A stretch of DNA of 64,000 bases from Anaerohalosphaeraceae bacterium (GCA_963675525.2 CAXXSL010000013.1:160001-224000); one strand, 5' to 3'; positions 1-9,411 are shown, counted from the stretch's first letter. Numbers and translations: made by a program. Notes: generated from the sequence alone by a model not told the origin.

Positions 1-922
1 CGGTGCCAAGGTCATGGAAGTGACCCGGCATAACAATAAGCTGAAAGTCGGCCACCTGAAGGGCAACCGTTTCACTATCCGCCTGCGGCATCTCAACTGC
101 CCCATCGAGGAAGCGCGGGCAACCGCGCAGCAGATCATGGACACGCTTGACCGCCGGGGCGTTCCGAATTATTTCGGTCAGCAGCGATTCGGGTATCGCT
201 ACGACAGTCATCTCTTAGGCGGAGCGATCATCAAAAACGACATCAAAAAATTCTTCGATATTCTGCTGGGCCAACCCGAACTGGACCCGCAGGAGGAATA
301 TGTCGAGGCCCGGCGTCTTTACGAACAGGGTGATTTTGAAGCGGCGTTCTATGCCTGGCATCCGGCGTTTCGGGATAACCGGAAAGCATTACGCGTGCTA
401 ATGAAAAACGGCGGCAAGCTAAACAACAAAGCCCTTCGCGCGATGGATGGGCGTTTGCTGGGTCTGTTCGTCTCTGCCTGGCAGTCCGATTTGTTTAACA
501 CGGTTCTGGTGAAGCGTCTGCCGCAGATCGATACGATGCTTGAGGGCGACATGGCCTATAAACACGAAAACGGCGCTTGCTTCCGCGTTGAAGACGCGGA
601 CATTGAACAGCCCCGCTGCGCCGCGTTCGACATCAGCCCCACCGGGCCCCTGCTCGGCAAACGATTGACGAAACTGACCGGCCCGGCCGGCGAGATCGAA
701 AATCCCATTCTCAATACGGTTGAACTGGCCGACGATGACTATACCCGCCTCAGACGCTACGGTGCCACCGGCGGCCGGCGGCCGCTGCGGTTCCAGCCGA
801 AAAACAGTGACATCACCTCCGGCACCGACGACCACGGCGACTTTTTGCAATTGCGGTTCGAGCTGCCCAGCGGCTGCTATGCAACCGTCCTCCTCCGCGA
901 GATCACCAAGCAAGACGAGTAA
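1..922 (+). CDS. truD: tRNA pseudouridine(13) synthase TruD (5'-truncated by window edge)
   Basis: Motifs GHLKGNRFTIRLR, GVPNYFGQQRFG, F.LPSGCYATVLLREI; ORF track 14..922. Confidence 0.95.
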   Translation, partial: GAKVMEVTRHNNKLKVGHLKGNRFTIRLRHLNCPIEEARATAQQIMDTLDRRGVPNYFGQQRFGYRYDSHLLGGAIIKNDIKKFFDILLGQPELDPQEEYVEARRLYEQGDFEAAFYAWHPAFRDNRKALRVLMKNGGKLNNKALRAMDGRLLGLFVSAWQSDLFNTVLVKRLPQIDTMLEGDMAYKHENGACFRVEDADIEQPRCAAFDISPTGPLLGKRLTKLTGPAGEIENPILNTVELADDDYTRLRRYGATGGRRPLRFQPKNSDITSGTDDHGDFLQLRFELPSGCYATVLLREITKQDE

Positions 923-1865
923 CCTGCCTCTGTAATTGGGTTCGTTTGGCTCTGTAGAAAAGCTGATAGACCGGCTTGAATATAGCCAGGTTATGGGTTA
1001 GTGCCATTAACCACATCTCTCGACTTTGTGCCAAATCGCCGTGTGCCCTGACGGCGGATCCCCATCGTCGTTTGATCATACTGAAGACGGTTTCGACTTG
1101 TGATCGTTGTCCATAAAGTCTCTGATTAAATCGTTGCTTCATCTGTCGGCGATATTTTGTTCGCGGCAGATTATCCGTGCTTCGCCCGGCTTTGGGTGGA
1201 ATAATCGTTCGTATTTTTCGATGGTCACGCGCATATACATGGTTCCGTTCACTGTCGTAGCCGGCATCGGCTAACAGGGTTTCCAGAGTCATCCCGCCCG
1301 GGAGCATTTGCAGGGTCGGGATCAGGGTTGCCATGTCCGGGCACGGCCCCCGTGTGGTTTTGACAGAAAGAATCAAATGATTACTGCAATCACACACCAC
1401 CGTCAATTTCGGATATTTGGCGTAGAGCATCGATTGATACGCAGAATGGCCTTTCACGTGCCTTCGCCGCACAAAGTAATAACTGGTATATCCCACTTCC
1501 AGACCCGTTGAATCAATCGCTGCCTGTGACACATGCGGTTGTTGTAACGCCATCTGAAGTGTCTGCCGGAGGAGGGGATGAGCGTTGGGCAAGGCCAGGA
1601 TAGAACCGCTGGCTTTCTGAAATGTTGTAAAATGCGGCACGGTGATTAACCCAATGGTTTTGCATAAGTCCGGACAATCCCGTAACCATTCAGCCAGTCC
1701 GCGATAATCCGTTTTTAGAAATGTTTTCAGAACCAGACAAGCGAACAATTGCGGCAGCGTGAATTTGTGGGGGCTGAAGCGATGTGAATACAGGGGTAAA
1801 ACCGTCTTCGCTGCTGTTTAAGCAGCGACCAATAGTTTCCGTGGGGATTTGGTTGTCGTGCTCAT
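903..1865 (-). pseudogene. IS5-family DDE transposase with in-frame TAA at codon 16
   Basis: ATG at 1865 gives MSTTTKSPRKLLVAA*TAAKTVLPLYSHRFSPHKFTLPQLFACL, in frame with ORF 903..1748; DDE motifs AIDSTG, LADAGYDS, RSQVETVFSMIKR; reading frame runs through the IR and stops outside the element. Confidence 0.8.
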
Positions 1866-1939
1866 TCTTGATTGTATACAAGCATAAACACGATGGCGCA
1901 AGTCTAAAATAAAGAAAGTTTTACCTTTTCTACAGAGCC
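948..1939 (-). mobile_element. IS5-family insertion sequence, 992 bp
   Basis: 15-bp terminal inverted repeats GGCTCTGTAGAAAAG (948-962) / CTTTTCTACAGAGCC (1925-1939); 9-bp direct repeat GGTTCGTTT at 939-947 and 1940-1948; internal DDE transposase. Confidence 0.92.
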
Positions 1940-2046
1940 GGTTCGTTTCGTTTTTTGGGGGTCCACAGATTACACCGATTTACACAGATTAAGAAGTGAC
2001 ACGGAATTTTAATAAAACAAATAAGATAAGACTTTGCGGGATTTAG

Positions 2047-2100
2047 TAAAAAAACGCCTGTGGCGGGGGTATGAGAACGAATTCTCACAGGCCACAGGCG
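2047..2100 (-). terminator. Intrinsic terminator of PEP-CTERM gene
   Basis: CGCCTGTGGC...GCCACAGGCG stem with nested TGAGAA/TTCTCA stem, followed by a T-run on the minus strand. Confidence 0.6.
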
Positions 2101-2121
2101 ACAGAAGGAGCTGAATTGTGC

Positions 2122-2736
2122 TTATTTCTTTCTGCGAATCAGCAAGCCACCCAAACCCAGCAGGGACAACGTTGCCGGTTCGGGGATAACATTGATGTTC
2201 ATGTACACCGGGTCGTAACCGAAAAGATCGTCATCAACAAAATGAATTGAAAAGGCAATGTCATCTGACCACAGCCCGTTAATACCGACAATTTTATTAA
2301 CGTCAACATCGTCATACAACCATTCCCAGTCGGACTGGCAGTAGATACTGATTTTCCCCACCTCACCAACAAGCTGCATATTGGTAATTGACTGAATTTC
2401 ACCGCCGTATAATTCTGCTGTCGATTCATTCCTTAAGTCTATCGTACCAATCTCACCGCCATAAACTTCCAAGCGGCTTTTGTCATCGACTATTAGTTGT
2501 GTAATGCCTCCTGAATTACTCAATGGGGATGTATTCCAAACTTCAACATCGCTGGATTCTTTTGCATGAATACGATAAGCCCCTCCACCAGTTACCAAAA
2601 GGGCTTGATCTTCGAGGTTAATAACTCCATACGTATATTCACCACTTTCGATTACGCCATCATCAGCAATACCGGCCCAAACCGGTAAACAGAAAGTAAC
2701 CAATATAATAAACGTAAAACTTCTTTTCATCATCAT
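2122..2736 (-). CDS. PEP-CTERM sorting domain secreted protein
   Basis: Signal peptide; C-terminus VIPEPATLSLLGLGGLLIRRKK. Confidence 0.9.
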   Translation of the reverse strand: MMMKRSFTFIILVTFCLPVWAGIADDGVIESGEYTYGVINLEDQALLVTGGGAYRIHAKESSDVEVWNTSPLSNSGGITQLIVDDKSRLEVYGGEIGTIDLRNESTAELYGGEIQSITNMQLVGEVGKISIYCQSDWEWLYDDVDVNKIVGINGLWSDDIAFSIHFVDDDLFGYDPVYMNINVIPEPATLSLLGLGGLLIRRKK

Positions 2737-2766
2737 AATAGATTCTCCAACTGCTAAGTTGCTATT

Positions 2767-2795
2767 ATTGTATCAAAATCGTCGGGTTTTGTCAA
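2767..2795 (-). promoter_or_regulatory. sigma70-type promoter of PEP-CTERM gene
   Basis: TTGACA-N17-TACAAT on the minus strand. Confidence 0.65.
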
Positions 2796-2879
2796 GAATT
2801 CGCGGGTTTCATCATAACGGGGGCATACTAAGAACTATTGGGGTCATTGTAATCATTGAGTATCGGAAAAAACCTCGGC

Positions 2880-2909
2880 TGTAACCTTTCGGGAATCCTT
2901 GCCACTTAC
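2880..2909 (+). promoter_or_regulatory. Putative ECF sigma promoter
   Basis: TGTAACC-N16-CACTTAC; same motif recurs at 3667-3697 upstream of the ECF sigma gene. Confidence 0.7.
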
Positions 2910-2975
2910 TCATTGAACGCGTTTTACGGTTATTTAAAAAGTCAATTTAAACCAGACATTTGAAAGGAACGAATC

Positions 2976-3569
2976 ATGACAACGAAAAAACTAACGATTC
3001 TTGTAGTTCTTGCTGCTGTAATCCTGACTCCTATGGCTTTGGCGGCTCCCGAAAACGGTCCCGGCGGCGGACGAGGTCCTCGCGGTGAAGGCCGTATGGG
3101 CATGCGTCCTCAAGGCGGCCGAGGCGGCGGGATGGCCCAAATGCTGCTGGGCCGGATGGGCGAGGAACTGAACCTGACCGAGGCACAAAAGGAAAGCATC
3201 AAGGCGATCGCTGATGAATCGGGACCCGCTGTCCAGGAAGATCGTCAGGCCGTTCGGGATGCCATGCAGGCCCTTAACGATGCTGCCGACAATGGCGATG
3301 AAGCTGCGATCAAAGCGGCCGGCAAAGCCGCCGGAGACGCATTGACCCAGCAGGCCCTGAAAAGAGCCGCGGTCTCCAAAAAGATCAAAGCCGTTCTGAC
3401 CGACGAACAGAATAAAAAGCTCCAGGAACTGAGAGCCCAAATGCAGGAACGCGCCGCACAGATGCGTCAGAATCGCGGCGACGGTCAGGGGCAGGGCCGG
3501 GGCCAGGGCGGCGGACAGGGCAACGGACAGCGCGGACCTCGCCGGGGCGGCGACGATCAAGCGAACTAA
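2976..3569 (+). CDS. Spy/CpxP family periplasmic chaperone-like protein
   Basis: Signal peptide; LNLTEAQK and VLTDEQ (LTxxQ) motifs; Gly/Arg-rich termini. Confidence 0.85.
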   Translation: MTTKKLTILVVLAAVILTPMALAAPENGPGGGRGPRGEGRMGMRPQGGRGGGMAQMLLGRMGEELNLTEAQKESIKAIADESGPAVQEDRQAVRDAMQALNDAADNGDEAAIKAAGKAAGDALTQQALKRAAVSKKIKAVLTDEQNKKLQELRAQMQERAAQMRQNRGDGQGQGRGQGGGQGNGQRGPRRGGDDQAN

Positions 3570-3580
3570 ATCCTCTTTAG

Positions 3581-3628
3581 AAAAAAGGGCCTCAACGGTG
3601 TCATTAACCGGAAATGAGGCCCTTTTTT
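3581..3628 (+). terminator. Intrinsic terminator
   Basis: AAAAAAGGGCCTCA...TGAGGCCCTTTTTT. Confidence 0.7.
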
Positions 3629-3666
3629 AACTAAAAAACATATAATTTCAATAAAAACAGATGTTT

Positions 3667-3697
3667 TGTAACCTTTCTTCCATTCTCATACACTTAC
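3667..3697 (+). promoter_or_regulatory. Putative ECF sigma autoregulatory promoter
   Basis: TGTAACC-N17-CACTTAC. Confidence 0.7.
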
Positions 3698-3797
3698 GTT
3701 ATGAAGGTTCTGTGCGAACAGTGGTCAACCGCACGCAGCTTTTCTCTGACAAGCAAATATTGATTTTAGATGGTTTTTGTCGTACACTATTGGATAA

Positions 3798-4490
3798 ATG
3801 ATCCAGGTTCCGAACCAATTTATTTCGCGACGACGACGTGACCGTTATTTATCCTTAGAGGCAACGTCAATACCGCTGCCCCGGTTGTGGGCGGTTTTGC
3901 TCTCTTTGACAAATAAAGACTCCGGCACGAAAACCTTTCGGTTTCAGGAACAGGACGACATCCGCCAATCGCAGAATGGTGATTCGGATGCGTATCGCAG
4001 ACTGATCGAACGGTATCAGGGCCATATCGGTAAGCTGCTCTGGCGGTTTACCCGCGACAGGACCTGCCACGAGGAACTCGTTCAGGAAACGTTTGTCCAG
4101 GCGTATTTGTCTTTGCGAACGTACCAAGCCAAAGCGCCGTTCGAACACTGGCTGAGCCGCATCGCGACCCGCGTGGGTTACCGTTTCTGGAAGGAGCAGG
4201 GAAAACATCAACATCTGACCCTGCTTGAAGACGAATGGAACAACCTGGCCGGCTCGGACACGCCGGAAACCGACCCGCAGGAAGCGGCGGAACTGATCCA
4301 CCATTTGCTTTCACAACTGCCCCCGCGGGATCGACTGGTCCTGACGCTGCGATATCTGGAACAGTGTGATATCGCCGAAACCGCCCGGCGAACGGGATGG
4401 AACGTGACGATGGTCAAAGTTCAGACCCATCGGGCCATAAAAAAGCTTAAACTGCTGGCTGAAAAAGCCGATATAGAGTTAGAGATATAA
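3798..4490 (+). CDS. ECF RNA polymerase sigma factor (start uncertain; TTG at 3906 possible)
   Basis: Region 2 (EELVQETFVQAY...FEHWLSRIATR) and region 4 (LPPRDRLVLTLRY...VKVQTHRA). Confidence 0.9.
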   Translation: MIQVPNQFISRRRRDRYLSLEATSIPLPRLWAVLLSLTNKDSGTKTFRFQEQDDIRQSQNGDSDAYRRLIERYQGHIGKLLWRFTRDRTCHEELVQETFVQAYLSLRTYQAKAPFEHWLSRIATRVGYRFWKEQGKHQHLTLLEDEWNNLAGSDTPETDPQEAAELIHHLLSQLPPRDRLVLTLRYLEQCDIAETARRTGWNVTMVKVQTHRAIKKLKLLAEKADIELEI

Positions 4491-4491
4491 C

Positions 4492-4752
4492 ATGAAAAAC
4501 GTGAATTTTCACAATTTGATCAAACTGGCACAACAGGAAACGCCCCCCAGCGTGGATGTGGCGGACAGTGTTCTGGCCGCCTTGTCAGATATGGCGGTGC
4601 GGGCCAATGCGGATCCCTACCGCTCCTATCTTTGGATGAGTGTGGCATCGGCGGCGGTGGCGGCCTGCATTCTCATCGCGGCCACACTGACCCAGCAGTC
4701 CGGGGATTCCGTCAGCGAAGTGATGAACTATGTTTCATGGATAGCCCAATAA
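4492..4752 (+). CDS. Putative single-TM anti-sigma factor
   Basis: 86 aa, one hydrophobic helix, directly after the ECF sigma gene. Confidence 0.7.
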   Translation: MKNVNFHNLIKLAQQETPPSVDVADSVLAALSDMAVRANADPYRSYLWMSVASAAVAACILIAATLTQQSGDSVSEVMNYVSWIAQ

Positions 4753-5366
4753 TGAGCCAGACGGTCACACCACAACCCAAGACCAGGCCGGTTCTGTTCA
4801 GCCTGCTGATCCTTTTGTCGGGGATTGCAATTGGTGTGGGAGGTACTCTGATCTTCATCAAACAAAAGCCGACCCCGCCCCGGCCGAATTTCAACGCACG
4901 CATGATCAACCATCTTATGCGCGAACTGAAACTGACCGAGGAACAAAAAGCACAGATCGACCCGCTCATTCAGACACACATGGATGAATTTGAAAAAATT
5001 CGAACCGAAGCGATTCCGAAAATAACGCAAATCACCGAGACCATGAACAATGAGATCCTGCAGCTTCTGGATGACAACCAGAAACAGATCTGGGCAGACC
5101 AGATGAAGCGCATGCGGGAGAATTTTGAACGCATGCGTAATAACCGTCGCGGTCCGAGACAGGGACAGGGTCCCGGCGATGGCCAATGGCGAAGAGACCG
5201 TGACGGATCGGGCCCTGACGGTCGCGGTCGCGGCCCCGGCAGAGATCCCAACTCGCCCTACCGGCGACGACGCCCGCCCGCCGAGGGAATGGGCCCCGAA
5301 AACCAACCGCCGCTTGAACCACGGCCGCCACAGCCGGATTCTCCGCAGGACCCCAAACCGATATAA
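4752..5366 (+). CDS. Membrane-anchored LTxxQ (Spy/CpxP-like) periplasmic protein
   Basis: N-terminal TM helix, ELKLTEEQK motif, ATG overlaps upstream TAA. Confidence 0.75.
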   Translation: MSQTVTPQPKTRPVLFSLLILLSGIAIGVGGTLIFIKQKPTPPRPNFNARMINHLMRELKLTEEQKAQIDPLIQTHMDEFEKIRTEAIPKITQITETMNNEILQLLDDNQKQIWADQMKRMRENFERMRNNRRGPRQGQGPGDGQWRRDRDGSGPDGRGRGPGRDPNSPYRRRRPPAEGMGPENQPPLEPRPPQPDSPQDPKPI

Positions 5367-5478
5367 ACAACAACGGCTTCAATGCTGAGCCGTACACATT
5401 GAAATTTTCCCTGTATTTCCATCCCAAAATCCATTATATTCACGTTAACCGTGAGCCGCCAAGCTCAGCAAACTGGCC

Positions 5479-5549
5479 TGTCACCCCCGCGCCGGCGGGG
5501 GTCCAGATGCCTGCGGAAACGCTGGATTCCCGCTTTCGCGGGAATGACA
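5479..5549. repeat. Inverted doublet of GTCATTCCCGC-type REP-like palindromes
   Basis: TGTCACCCCCGCGCCGGCGGGGGTCCAG-N14-CTGGATTCCCGCTTTCGCGGGAATGACA; right half 27/28 identical (reverse complement) to 48253-48280. Confidence 0.85.
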
Positions 5550-5606
5550 ATTGCCCGAAGCAGTTTTTGTTACAGATTCTAAATGAAATGAGCCTTGAGA
5601 TTTAAT

Positions 5607-6455
5607 ATGAATACAGAAAAAGTCTATCTGAATGGAAAGCTCGTCGATGCGGATAAGGCAGCGGTGGGTGTTACGGACAGCAGCTATCTTTACGGCATCG
5701 GCCTTTTTGAAACGATGCGGGCAGTCGGGGGAAAGGTTTTTCGCCTGGCTGACCACCTGCGGCGGCTTAACGGCAGCGCGGAGGTTTTGTCGATCTTTAA
5801 CAGCTATTCGGATGAGCAGATCGGCGAGGGCATCGAGCAGCTTCTGGAAGCCAACGAGGTTACGGAAGCCCGCCTGCGATTGTCGCTGACCAACGGGCCG
5901 ATTCAGACTGACGGCACGGCACAGACGAACCTGCTGATCACGTCGCCGCCGTTTACGCCGTATCCGGCGGAGTACTATGCCAAAGGCGTGCGGGTGACGC
6001 TGACCGATTTTCGACAGAGCAGCAAGGACCCGTATGCGGGCCACAAAACCACCTGTTACGGCCCGCGGTTGATGGCGTTGAGAAACGCGCATGAAAAACT
6101 GGCCGCCGAGGCGTTATGGTTTACCACGGAAAACGCACTGGCCGAAGGCTGTATCAGCAATGTCTTCCTTGTCAAAGACGGCATGTTGTTTACCCCGCCG
6201 GTTAATACACCCATCCTGCCGGGCGTGGCTCGGAAAACCGTCATCGAAATCGCCGAACAGGAAAATATTGAATGCATCGAACAGCCGCTGGGTGTTAACG
6301 ACCTGTTGGGCGCCGACGAAGTCTTTTTGACCAATGTCGTCATGGAAGTCCTGCCCGTCGTCGCCGTCGAAGCCCACACCGTCGGCGAAGGTAAACCGGG
6401 ATCGATTACAAAGACAATTGCCGAAAAATACAAAGAAAAGCTGAATGCATTATAA
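5607..6455 (+). CDS. Class IV PLP aminotransferase (IlvE/PabC/Dat family)
   Basis: YGIGLFETMR, FRLADHLRRL, HKT, EGCISNVF, ILPGVAR motifs. Confidence 0.92.
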   Translation: MNTEKVYLNGKLVDADKAAVGVTDSSYLYGIGLFETMRAVGGKVFRLADHLRRLNGSAEVLSIFNSYSDEQIGEGIEQLLEANEVTEARLRLSLTNGPIQTDGTAQTNLLITSPPFTPYPAEYYAKGVRVTLTDFRQSSKDPYAGHKTTCYGPRLMALRNAHEKLAAEALWFTTENALAEGCISNVFLVKDGMLFTPPVNTPILPGVARKTVIEIAEQENIECIEQPLGVNDLLGADEVFLTNVVMEVLPVVAVEAHTVGEGKPGSITKTIAEKYKEKLNAL

Positions 6456-8184
6456 GCTGCAACAACTCAATATAAAACTACGGAATATTGTTGTCTGTTT
6501 TGTCATTGGCTGCTTAATAATTCCAACCGCTGTCGCCGAGATCACGCTTCGACAACAGACAATTCACAAAACAATTACTGAAGCTGTTAAGGCAATTAAC
6601 ACTGGAAACAATGGAGCCTACAGCCCGGTGATCCCGAAACGTCGGGGATTGTATCCTATTATTTGCGGAGATGCGGAAACTTATACGGCCAATCCTTTGC
6701 ACCTACAGGGCAGTTGCCCGCCTATTTTGTTAGCAGGATGGTTTGGCAGAGGAAAGATCATTGCTGCGGGACATGATGGGTGGCTTCTGGAAAGTTCAGA
6801 AGCTGTACAGGAAACCAAGCTTGCCGCGAACTGCCTGCGATGGCTGGTTGGTTCTTCTCAGAATCCCTGCATTGCATTCTATACTTCCATCGGCTCGCTG
6901 GTCTCTATAAAAACAGTTTCTTCAAATATTAAAAAAGAATTCTCTGAACAGGGTATTACATTCATAGACCTGTCCGAAAAAGTATCCAGCGAAAGTCTAT
7001 CAGGTTGTTCGGTCCTTGTCATCGCCCGGCCTCATCTGCGCTCCATGTCGGAAGACGAAGCCGTCATTATCAGCCAGTTTGTAAAAGACGGGGGCAGCTT
7101 GTTTATAGCAGGCCTTGGGTGGTTCTGGCTCCGAAATAATCCCGACTCGCTGATTTCCGATTTCCCCCTGAATACTCTCGGCCGTCATATAGGAATCGAA
7201 TACTCGGAGGATATAATATATAAGCAAGACCGGGAGGGACGGCGGCGCCATGCTGCATTTCAAGTGGATTCTCCTGTTGTATGGCGACCTAAGCGAACAA
7301 AAGTATTCAACCCGGCAGAAACAACAGATCAAAGCATCCTCATGTCCGTGAGAAAATATAAGGATACTCATAATTTTGCGTTTGAGGGAGAACATGTGAT
7401 TCTAAGTCTGCCGGGGGAGGCTTTTTTACAGTTGCATAGCCCCATAAAGGCCGTCAAGGATCTTGATACTGTTTACAAAACGCACAAACGTCTGGCTGAT
7501 AATGTACCCTACAGCGGCCGGAAGATTTCTATCGTCGTGGTGAATCGACTGTGTTTTCATTTATGTTCAGGCAATCCCATTCTTATCCGTAAGGATCGTA
7601 TACCAGTCGTATTGAACGATTTCAACGAGTTAGGCCATGCGGGCTGGGGATTGATACACGAACTGGGGCATGATTTCGTCGCTTCGGGACACAAACATAT
7701 TTATCCGCTTGGCCCGGGGGACAATGAGTGCTGGACGAATATGTTTACGCTCCACGCTTTTGAGACACTCGACCTGAAAGAAGTTCAAAGCGACACGCAT
7801 GACGCCAATATTCGTAAAGGGCTATCATATTATTATGCCAACAAAGCAGATTACGACCTGCTTAAGAACGACCGATGGACAATGCTGAGTTTGCTTAAAA
7901 TTATCAAGGACACCTATGGTTGGGATTGCTATTACAGCTTTTTCAAAGTATGTGTACAAAAAGCCAAAACCAATAAAATACCCGGTACTGAACAGGAAAA
8001 AGTTGACTTTATTGTTGAAGAATTGTCCAAAGCGGCACAGGCCGATCTTGGCAACTATTTTGTGCGATGGGGATTTCCGGTTTCCGCATCGGTGCTTCAG
8101 GAATTGCAAAACCTTCCACCGGCAGATTTAGATCAAGCGGCAAAAGCGATGGCATTAAAATATAGCGTACCGATAAAGGATTAG
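6445..8184 (+). CDS. Secreted M60-like zinc metallopeptidase with TCAF/FAM115-like N-terminal region
   Basis: Signal peptide; GWGLIHELGHDF...GDNECWTNMF (HExxH plus downstream E); FVKDGGSLFIAGLGWFW segment; LGNYFVRWGFPV tail. Confidence 0.7.
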   Translation: MHYKLQQLNIKLRNIVVCFVIGCLIIPTAVAEITLRQQTIHKTITEAVKAINTGNNGAYSPVIPKRRGLYPIICGDAETYTANPLHLQGSCPPILLAGWFGRGKIIAAGHDGWLLESSEAVQETKLAANCLRWLVGSSQNPCIAFYTSIGSLVSIKTVSSNIKKEFSEQGITFIDLSEKVSSESLSGCSVLVIARPHLRSMSEDEAVIISQFVKDGGSLFIAGLGWFWLRNNPDSLISDFPLNTLGRHIGIEYSEDIIYKQDREGRRRHAAFQVDSPVVWRPKRTKVFNPAETTDQSILMSVRKYKDTHNFAFEGEHVILSLPGEAFLQLHSPIKAVKDLDTVYKTHKRLADNVPYSGRKISIVVVNRLCFHLCSGNPILIRKDRIPVVLNDFNELGHAGWGLIHELGHDFVASGHKHIYPLGPGDNECWTNMFTLHAFETLDLKEVQSDTHDANIRKGLSYYYANKADYDLLKNDRWTMLSLLKIIKDTYGWDCYYSFFKVCVQKAKTNKIPGTEQEKVDFIVEELSKAAQADLGNYFVRWGFPVSASVLQELQNLPPADLDQAAKAMALKYSVPIKD

Positions 8185-8189
8185 TAAGT

Positions 8190-8294
8190 ATGAAGATTAA
8201 AGAGATTACGCAGGCTATTGAGCAAATTGCGCCGCTTCCCCTGCCCGCACAAATCGAAACCGTTCAGTCCAAAAAAATCTGGATTCCGGGGTAA
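8190..8294 (+). pseudogene. Truncated duplicate of the 5' end of the nif3-like gene
   Basis: MKIKEITQAIEQIAPLPL vs MKIKDIANAVEQIAPLGL (9408): 13/18 aa identical, then unrelated sequence and TAA. Confidence 0.8.
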
Positions 8295-8305
8295 TAGCTA
8301 AAAAA

Positions 8306-8560
8306 GATATCGCCCCGTTGGGGCTTGGACAATAAGGAATGAGTTGTGTAGCATAAATCATTCCCGGAGGTTGAAACCTCCGGCTACTGTATAATCCCTT
8401 CGGGATTATTGAAGAATCGTCTCGAAGACAAGATAGTATCCCGAGGGGCAGTAGCAGCTTAGAGAAGAATAAAAGTCCCGAAGGGACCAAATATAATAGC
8501 CCGAGGCGTAAGCCTCCGGAAAGCGAGTGACAGTAACACCAAGCCCCAGAGGGGCGACAT
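8306..8560. repeat. Back-to-back pair of three-hairpin REPIN-like units
   Basis: GCCCCGTTGGGGC / CCGGAGGTTGAAACCTCCGG+CTAC / AATCCCTTCGGGATT, mirrored by GTCCCGAAGGGAC / AATAGCCCGAGGCGTAAGCCTC / GCCCCAGAGGGGCGACAT. Confidence 0.8.
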
Positions 8561-8577
8561 TTTAACAAGAGTTAAAA

Positions 8578-9411
8578 ATGAACGATCAACCAGAAACAAA
8601 AAAAGTGAAACAGATAAATACCGGCAAAATCGGTTTTATACTGTCTTTTGCTGCGCCGGTGTCTATCGTCGCTTCTCCAATCATTATTTTATTTTTAATT
8701 CCTTCATCAATGCCCGCTTGGATGCTGTTTCTTATCCCTCTAGTGCTTTTTCCTCTTTCCATCTTCTACTGCATCCACGGCCTTGTCAAAAAAAAGAGTC
8801 CAAAACTGGCAATAACGGGGCTACTCATCAACCCCTTAAGTATCGTAATTCTTTGTTTTCTATTCATCACATTCACACCTCCTGGCTCTATGCCATACCC
8901 ATTAAATATCTATAAATTTAAAAGGGCATTGGAATGTGACTTCTGGCTTGATTACGATAGAGAACACATTATTGACGTGCAAAGCCAAAATACTATCATC
9001 CTTTCTAAACAAGGTGCAATTCATTTTCAAGCCACACCAAATACTTATGATAAGAATTCTGTAATTAAATATGCAGAAGATAATGGCTGGAAATACCACC
9101 TTTCTGTCAAGTTAACTAAAGAGGATTTTGATAAATACGAAACAGGTGATGATAACAACTTAAGCTCATATGTTATCTTCCTGCTAAAACCCTCACCGAT
9201 TCTACTAAAACAGGACTGCACACTATTCGTATTTGAAACGGGTAATATTCATGGAATGCCCAGCTATATCATGATATCAAAAGATTTAAGCGAAATGGTC
9301 GTGTTTTTCTATAATGCTCGATTACCTGATCCTGCAATGAAATTCTGGATACCAGAACCATTTATCGAGCTACATGAAATACAATCCCAAGAAAAGGAAG
9401 ATATAAAATGA
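8578..9411 (+). CDS. Hypothetical membrane protein (3 N-terminal TM helices), AT-rich
   Basis: 277-aa ORF; stop overlaps the next ATG. Confidence 0.7.
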   Translation: MNDQPETKKVKQINTGKIGFILSFAAPVSIVASPIIILFLIPSSMPAWMLFLIPLVLFPLSIFYCIHGLVKKKSPKLAITGLLINPLSIVILCFLFITFTPPGSMPYPLNIYKFKRALECDFWLDYDREHIIDVQSQNTIILSKQGAIHFQATPNTYDKNSVIKYAEDNGWKYHLSVKLTKEDFDKYETGDDNNLSSYVIFLLKPSPILLKQDCTLFVFETGNIHGMPSYIMISKDLSEMVVFFYNARLPDPAMKFWIPEPFIELHEIQSQEKEDIK

